Virus record (IMG/VR): IMGVR_UViG_3300006735_000014
Length of the DNA stretch: 64,000 bases
Direction: 5' to 3' (one strand)
Origin: an uncultured virus (IMG/VR IMGVR_UViG_3300006735_000014)
Taxonomy: Duplodnaviria > Heunggongvirae > Uroviricota > Caudoviricetes
Below are positions 58,601 through 64,000 of the stretch, one piece after another. Under the pieces are notes generated by a model. The model ran no database searches. It was not told the DNA's origin and saw only the letters and a program-made list of their open reading frames with translations. Each line of letters begins with the position of its first letter. Positions within the stretch are counted from its first letter, which is position 1. The translations under genes and the position numbers were made by a program.

Positions 58601-61424
58601 CAGAGTAAATTATCATACTTGCTGTTATTGCTGGTTTGAATCTCCACTCTCTTGTTTGATCAGGTATTGTATCTCCTGCAGATAAATACTCTCTTTGGAA
58701 TCCCCAATCATATAAATCTGTTTTATAATGATCATGAGTAAATTCTACATATGAACCAGATTGTATTTGCAATGCATATGAGAATTGATCATATATTCCT
58801 GCTGGTTCAGATTTTGGCATTTTAGGTCCACCATATTCTCTAATAGATAATAAAGATTCTGGAATACCGTAACATGATAATAAAGCTTTAACTGATCTAG
58901 ATGTTCCTTTTGTTTTTAATAGGTGAGGTAAATTATTAACTACTCTTCTCCATACCTGCTTTGTTAAATCTTCTTTTGGAGTTGCAAATGATACGGCTGA
59001 TGATTGAGTTATATATTGTGATTTATTTGTATATAAATCTGATATTTCTGCATCTGTTAATGTTCTGTTATATATTCTAAACTCATCTAATGAACCAGTA
59101 AAGTTACTATAAGGGACTCCTGTATTATTAGTATCTCTTGCACCAAGAATTGGTTTTGGATAATCACCTGTTGATTCAGGTCCTATATCATGAGATCCAC
59201 TAACTGAAATATCTGTGCCTTCTACAAATGTTCCATTAAGGTATGCAGATGCACTTTCTTGTCTATTAACATTAAATACTATGTGATGCCAGCCATTTGA
59301 TACACCCCCAGTTGATGTTCCTTCTAATGACGTTGTATCAAGATATGATGATGAAAATATCTTTGTAGTATGTTTATCAAGAGTAACTGTATGTTCTCCA
59401 TGAGAGCCTGAATAGTTTTGTACCCATCTCAGCGTTCCATATGGAGCATTTGCATAAATTCCCCATCCTGCATCATTTCCAGATCCTGATAATGCGCTAA
59501 ATACATATCCGGTTGCATTTGTAAGGTCTGCATCTTTTATCCAGAATGATACTGCATAATCATCTGTTCCATAGTCATATGGTTTATTATATTTTAGATA
59601 ATTTGTTCCATCAAATTTTCCGCCCCAACCATGTGCGCCTTCTTCAAATATTGGTTTATCAAATGCTTCTAATGCTTGATCTTTTACTATACCATAATCT
59701 ATAAAATTTTGTCTTGCAAAGTCAGGCCTACCTTCATCAAATGGAACATATAATATTAAATTATCATCTATTCTTCTATCATTGATATTTCCAAATGATC
59801 CTAATTCATCTGTACCTAATAAATATTCAAATAAACGTTCATGTTGATTTCCATTTTCTAAATGCCAACCAAATGATTTTGCAGTTTCATATAATAAGTC
59901 TTTTGATAAACCATGTCTATGATGTTCATCTCTATTGTATACATCCGTTTGATGTTTAACATATGAATACATAATATCATAATGATGGCCAATCATATGT
60001 ACAAATGTTTCAAACTCAGAATTATTATTATCTTCTCTAATATGTTCTGGTACTGTTTTTACTAATGCATGATCGTTATGGAAATCCCATAATGAAGCAG
60101 ATGCTTCTAATGCATTATACCATACTTCTGCTTGAGATGATGTTGAATGACATAATGTCCATTGGTTAGCTGTAAATTGTTTATCTGAAGTTGTTACTCC
60201 GTATCCTTCTTTTGGCCATGGCTCAACAACAAACGTTTCATGTCCAATATTGGAACCTGAGGTTGCATTTGTATAAATACTTCCTGTATTATATTGATAA
60301 AGATATTTTTCAAAACCATCAAAACCGCCTAAAATATTATCTTTATATTTTTCGTATAAAGATTTATTTGCATTTACTTCGTTAGATTCTGATACTGAAT
60401 TTAATGTTTTAACTTGATCATCATAGTATTCAACTAATTCTATTTTATGTTTAAAGTTTGCAACTCTTTCTTTAGCTGATGAGTAATGAACAAAGTTTTG
60501 GAATCCAGAATAATCAATTCCTAACTCTACTCCTTGTAAAGATCCAGAAAACATTTTATCTATAATTTGCTGTGAAGTCGATGTCGCAGATCCTAATAAA
60601 TCGTTCCAGTTTTGGAAATTTGTTTCGTTAATTTTTGACCATTTTGCATCCACTTCAAAATTTGGACCTCTCATTGCATTGGTTGGAGATTCAATTGGCT
60701 TTCTGTAAAGTACTACATTATCTGTATATGGTTGTCTTACTTGTTGAACTATCCATAGTCGTTGTTTTTCTTTGTAATTTTCCTGTAATGGTTGATATAA
60801 CTTAATATATAATTCTCTAGAATCACTTAACCATCTATAATTTACAAATTGTGCTAATCTATTTCTACCAAAATTCAAGAATAATAAGTTCATAAACCCA
60901 TTATCACCACATAACTCATTTCTTCTTGTATGGAACATTGATAGCTGTTCTGATGTTGTTAAATCAGATATATCTAATGTTTTAATGGCCTTTTTCTTTT
61001 GTTTTATATTTTCGTCACCAATATATACTTTTAATTCTGTACGATCTGCAGATATTTCTTTTATGTATAATGATGGATTTGCATCATCACCTACAATTGG
61101 TCTAAAAAAGTTAAGAACAAATTTATATGTTCCTTGCTTGATTCCTAAGTCATCAAAGTTTTTATATAAATCAAATTGAACAAGACTGTCTTCAGTATTA
61201 AATGCTTTCCAGTGATCAGCTGTATGTTCACTTGTGATATAATTACTCATCATATCATAAACATGTAACTCTACTGTTTCATCTAAAGCAGGATCATCAA
61301 ATTTACGTATTTCAACTACTTCACTTGCAATTACTTCTTGATCATCAGCTGTGAGTTGTAATGCATCAATTGGTTTATTTGATGCTTTTATGTTTTCACT
61401 ATTTAGATATTGTTCTATTGCCAT
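55623..61424 (-). CDS. Large baseplate wedge-like protein (1933 aa) with LamG domains
   Basis: NNLPHLLKTKGTSRSVKALL (P2 gpI / gp7-like motif); LamG signature WHHIV...GSLDEFRIYNR. Confidence 0.7.
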   Translation of the reverse strand: MAIEQYLNSENIKASNKPIDALQLTADDQEVIASEVVEIRKFDDPALDETVELHVYDMMSNYITSEHTADHWKAFNTEDSLVQFDLYKNFDDLGIKQGTYKFVLNFFRPIVGDDANPSLYIKEISADRTELKVYIGDENIKQKKKAIKTLDISDLTTSEQLSMFHTRRNELCGDNGFMNLLFLNFGRNRLAQFVNYRWLSDSRELYIKLYQPLQENYKEKQRLWIVQQVRQPYTDNVVLYRKPIESPTNAMRGPNFEVDAKWSKINETNFQNWNDLLGSATSTSQQIIDKMFSGSLQGVELGIDYSGFQNFVHYSSAKERVANFKHKIELVEYYDDQVKTLNSVSESNEVNANKSLYEKYKDNILGGFDGFEKYLYQYNTGSIYTNATSGSNIGHETFVVEPWPKEGYGVTTSDKQFTANQWTLCHSTSSQAEVWYNALEASASLWDFHNDHALVKTVPEHIREDNNNSEFETFVHMIGHHYDIMYSYVKHQTDVYNRDEHHRHGLSKDLLYETAKSFGWHLENGNQHERLFEYLLGTDELGSFGNINDRRIDDNLILYVPFDEGRPDFARQNFIDYGIVKDQALEAFDKPIFEEGAHGWGGKFDGTNYLKYNKPYDYGTDDYAVSFWIKDADLTNATGYVFSALSGSGNDAGWGIYANAPYGTLRWVQNYSGSHGEHTVTLDKHTTKIFSSSYLDTTSLEGTSTGGVSNGWHHIVFNVNRQESASAYLNGTFVEGTDISVSGSHDIGPESTGDYPKPILGARDTNNTGVPYSNFTGSLDEFRIYNRTLTDAEISDLYTNKSQYITQSSAVSFATPKEDLTKQVWRRVVNNLPHLLKTKGTSRSVKALLSCYGIPESLLSIREYGGPKMPKSEPAGIYDQFSYALQIQSGSYVEFTHDHYKTDLYDWGFQREYLSAGDTIPDQTREWRFKPAITASMIIYSAGLVGAIPVPISHIAIEYTGSYSGSANYGRVHYVHGQGAGSTTPMTASSDWAPLYDGNFWNLRYYWEATGSDSGIYNIAASTNVTYHVQVQQASDYVKGKLIHSASLSVTPTYNAHNNAWSTATGATAGYLGGQTGSTGGNTFKVNQYLNHAIGNGSTSGGASDPAGIGTFTGSFQEYREWLENIGQNAFDKHTLNPKSYVSSISATSSFDTLVRHYTFGTNQKGYNHAATIYISSSHPNQAIQDFSDPVNDGTTSWATASNFQTPWDTVNNDHYERVEETYYIHGPSIGGKNLKSEKIRIEDNKLVHPLNRETRGEISQYDTVSNDSAKLGIYFSPQDMINKDIFNQIGNVALDDFFGSAEDQYKELYPKLKTFAHRYWRKYENDNDINAYIRIFALFDFSFFSQLKQLIPVRTNADLGLIVEPSVLERSKVMVEAEPSREELHYEDFIPDPFPDPIMDILPLTASVDALEPLEAEPMHYTASISDIQTMEGEPMHYTGSLNFEVPVHSNLSGSLTRSIVTVNDVINGTNLGVYKIATGSVDGDDYTDPGIDLFRIGDGYPGATYRYIGVRYDTTNGGWITQSRHELEWSPTGSVVMEQRKSPMFSKKVFYYGPENAASHHFRLDNFNGSRMLDSRPTYNHSSGSGFESVNTSGTATQKAASTARFETITHNNWTGQAMLFDLQGPQLSATHNRGGTRIKLTDDIMLPKSDNTGKFSISVILKPASGSGEGDIAFLGRGDATNPGFWINNYGNLVARSEDATYWGTLGSGFQTAEWNSRWDGGQAWPVTNDAARDTNHLAYTYDGTDPENATMKFYLNGRLQNTVTKDVTGDVGLGRWRIRHIGMGYKSSANTYAYSGSMAQLQIFDDYCLSAQEVKTLNKYPDMQANRDWGDERGRKGRIYMTRARRSNGYGTFTDLGTFSTSHSLQPADYRDDALDSSYYEGSKLTAPGINEFSNQTTDGEEVVKITLRNRYSLVYKKDLPSGGNLDVR

Positions 61425-61432
61425 TAGTCTTT

Positions 61433-63310
61433 CTATCCTTCAAATAATTTGTTATATGGTGCTAAATGTGATTTTCTATAGAAACTATCCTCAGCTATAT
61501 ATTTTTTATACCTATCTCTAGTTAACTCTGCACCTCCAGCTCTTAATCCTCTTGTTCCGCCATTATGTTCATAAACTTCAATTGTATCATAATCATCATT
61601 GTCCCCTCTACCAAAATTGATTCTATAATCATCACCTATTATCCATTTTTCTCTACCAGGTGAAAAGAATGGTGAATCAGGAATTCCTGTTCTGAGCCTA
61701 ACCTTTATCCCTTTTGGAATAAAAATAGAAGTTAAAGAATTTTCTGTCCAGTTACTTAACCTAATATGACCAGCCGCCCGTGCATAGTGACTATGGGTAC
61801 TATTACCATGCCTATGCGATCTTCTAGCATTTGCATGATATTTCTTACCAACCTCAAGTTCATAATTCCAACCAGCTCCGTCACTATGTTGAGATATTTT
61901 TACTCGTTCTGATCCGTCTAGCGTTGCTTTAGTTACCATCGAAGATGCAGGATATCCTAAATATCTTATCTGGCTCCAATCCATTGCTGTATATGTTCTA
62001 TTATGATATTCATCGTAATTATTCTCTGCTGTGTTTGCTTCAACAGATGATGGTAATTTTTTTACTGTTGCGTAAAAAGCAAGTCCACCAGTATACTTTC
62101 TCACCTCTCCTCTACATACCATAAAGTAACCACCTTTTAGACCTCCAGTATATCCTCTAATAAGTTCACCTTCCCATTGTTTAGTTGTAAACTCATTTCC
62201 AGTAGGAGTATATATTTGAGAACGTTTAGCAGGCTTTTGTGTTTCTTCTGGATGGTATTCTGTCCATCTAGATGACATGTCTGGTAAAAATGCTTTATCA
62301 TAATCACTTAAATCATCATCATCAAAACCAGCTGGTCTTATAAGATCTCCTTTTTCAAATGTTACTCTACCATCTCCTAAATTAAGATCAACCTCATTAG
62401 TATTATATTGACAACCATCTTTTTCAGCTGGGCCCCATTCTACATCATCTAAATCATTACTTACTACTAATCGCTCTATTGCTGTAGTTTCTGTTGTGAT
62501 TTCAGCTTTTGGTACTATATCTATATCATCATATGTCATGTCTCGATCTTTCATGAACACTTCTAAATTTCTACCTTCTCTTGTATTTGTTAATCCTTTA
62601 ACTGGTGGTGGATTGACACCTCCATCAAAATGATGTACAGGTGATCCTCCAATTGAATTATCATCTCCTTGAGTAGAACCATTATTACATCTATATCGTA
62701 CACCTTTCCAAACAATAAATATCATTCCTGCAACTCCTGTTAAGTCTCCTGCAGAATTAAATTCTGTTTTCAATTCAAATTTATCACCAAATTGTTCGGT
62801 TGCTGTTGGCGGATCTTCTACTTCTTCTTCGTCGGTTTCATTATCTCTAGAATCAACAAAACGAGTCTCAACTTCAATTTGTGGTTCAGATGGGTTATCT
62901 AAAACATTTATTGTAACTTCTTCAGGTAAATCAGTTTGTTCAAATCCTTTAAGATAACTATTAAAAGTTGTATCTACAGCTTCCATAAATGATTCTATAT
63001 CATATTTTACAGATTGTAATGGTATTTTAATTGGAAAGTTTTCATTAGGAGTAGCTTCTTTATATTCAATAACACCACGAGGAGTACGTAAAGGTCTTTG
63101 TTCTACTAATCTAATATCTTCATTATCCTTTGCAATCGTACCATCTGGTTTTATAAGGTCTCCTTGATTTTGAATAGTAGGAGTTTGGCCTATCAATCTA
63201 TCTAAACCATTAACTTTTTTATTTAATCGTTTTAATATATGATCATCAGTAGCTTGCTGAACATCTACTGCAGACTTTCCTCCAACATTATGTGCTTGAT
63301 AGTCTTCCAT
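61433..63310 (-). CDS. Hypothetical, probably structural protein (625 aa)
   Basis: In-operon ORF; acidic; C-terminal NSLTSIFIPKGIKVRL is weakly beta/gamma-crystallin-like. Confidence 0.65.
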   Translation of the reverse strand: MEDYQAHNVGGKSAVDVQQATDDHILKRLNKKVNGLDRLIGQTPTIQNQGDLIKPDGTIAKDNEDIRLVEQRPLRTPRGVIEYKEATPNENFPIKIPLQSVKYDIESFMEAVDTTFNSYLKGFEQTDLPEEVTINVLDNPSEPQIEVETRFVDSRDNETDEEEVEDPPTATEQFGDKFELKTEFNSAGDLTGVAGMIFIVWKGVRYRCNNGSTQGDDNSIGGSPVHHFDGGVNPPPVKGLTNTREGRNLEVFMKDRDMTYDDIDIVPKAEITTETTAIERLVVSNDLDDVEWGPAEKDGCQYNTNEVDLNLGDGRVTFEKGDLIRPAGFDDDDLSDYDKAFLPDMSSRWTEYHPEETQKPAKRSQIYTPTGNEFTTKQWEGELIRGYTGGLKGGYFMVCRGEVRKYTGGLAFYATVKKLPSSVEANTAENNYDEYHNRTYTAMDWSQIRYLGYPASSMVTKATLDGSERVKISQHSDGAGWNYELEVGKKYHANARRSHRHGNSTHSHYARAAGHIRLSNWTENSLTSIFIPKGIKVRLRTGIPDSPFFSPGREKWIIGDDYRINFGRGDNDDYDTIEVYEHNGGTRGLRAGGAELTRDRYKKYIAEDSFYRKSHLAPYNKLFEG

Positions 63311-63311
63311 T

Positions 63312-64000
63312 TTATCTTACCACTTTGAAATAATAACCATTATCAAAATATTTAATTGTTCCATCTGGATATTTTGATTTGATTTTAAATTTATAATATC
63401 GTTCGGGTGCTAATGAATTCATCCAATAAGTAAAATAACTTCCGTTTGAATCAACACTTAATTTTGTATATGTATCATCATAATCTAATATAATCTCATC
63501 TGTATTTGCATCATATACCGCATATGAACTTGTATAACTTAATCTTTGTGTTTCATTTAAGTAGAATGATGATGTTGTATATGTCTTAGTTGGATATTTT
63601 GATCTAGTTCCGACTCTAAATGTTACTCTACTTCCTTCAGGATATTTTTCTTCTATATTTTTAAAGAATGCAATTGGTCCTCCGTTATTAGTTTGATGAA
63701 CTTCAGTTAAAGTAGCATCTGTCACGGTATGATCTCTCCAAACCACTTCTAATTTTGGTGCATATATTGTATGAGTATCTTTTGCAAAATATTTTATATT
63801 AAGAGAATCACTATTACTTGATTCGGCTGAATATGATTGTTTTAATATTAATCCATAATTTGGTATAGTTCCATCTAACCATTTATTAACAATGGTAGTA
63901 ATATCCATTCTAACATCTGCAGATTCATATGCGAATGATTGAGATGCTTCATATCCAGAACCTGTTATCCAAGTTCCTCCTCCTAATGGTTCTTGTATTC
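63312..64000 (-). CDS. 3' part of a structural protein (DNRLRE-like motif), truncated by the window end
   Basis: Frame is open upstream of 63908 to the window edge (IQEPLGGGTWITGSGYEASQSF...); DITTIVNKWLDG..NYGLILK...PKLEV. Confidence 0.7.
   Translation of the reverse strand, partial: IQEPLGGGTWITGSGYEASQSFAYESADVRMDITTIVNKWLDGTIPNYGLILKQSYSAESSNSDSLNIKYFAKDTHTIYAPKLEVVWRDHTVTDATLTEVHQTNNGGPIAFFKNIEEKYPEGSRVTFRVGTRSKYPTKTYTTSSFYLNETQRLSYTSSYAVYDANTDEIILDYDDTYTKLSVDSNGSYFTYWMNSLAPERYYKFKIKSKYPDGTIKYFDNGYYFKVVR

Noticed and set aside
2647..61179. All plus-strand ORFs in the track (e.g. 4337-4861, 23390-23950, 45144-45587)
   Set aside because: They lie antisense to long, motif-bearing minus-strand genes and have shadow-like low-complexity composition with no recognisable motifs
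1..64000. Alternative genetic code (stop-codon reassignment)
   Set aside because: Standard code gives near-complete coding density with intact genes, and TAA, TAG and TGA all act as stops

Overview
64 kb AT-rich segment of a large T4-related (Far-T4-like) myovirus genome. Every credible gene is on the minus strand. In transcription order (right to left) it holds: baseplate/LamG structural genes; PhoH; a T7 endonuclease I-like resolvase; primase; a single-chain Mre11-Rad50 (gp47-gp46/SbcDC) fusion; a 2985-aa fibre-like protein; an S74-chaperone fibre; an 819-aa HIGH-nucleotidyltransferase plus ligase-like protein; holin; large terminase; portal; small head proteins; prohead protease; a phage ribosomal protein bS21; scaffold; major capsid; fibre/neck genes; sheath; tube; tail chaperone; tape measure; baseplate initiator and LysM genes. 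All product calls come from motif recognition and synteny, not database searches. Main leads: (1) two expression classes. bS21, primase and terminase have Bacteroidota-like TTTG-N20-TATATTAR promoters and no Shine-Dalgarno (SD), while most virion genes have strong AGGAG-type SDs. This suggests phage bS21 retunes host ribosomes for late translation. (2) A 16-copy intergenic motif ATATTTAT(A/T), the reverse complement of the T4 late promoter. (3) A U7 slippery site plus GC hairpin, implying a +1/-2 frameshift in the tail chaperone. (4) An enzyme polyprotein with repeated LGE-x-I-x3-LLTE leaders, probably capsid-packaged and cut by the prohead protease. No tRNA, rRNA or CRISPR array was seen.
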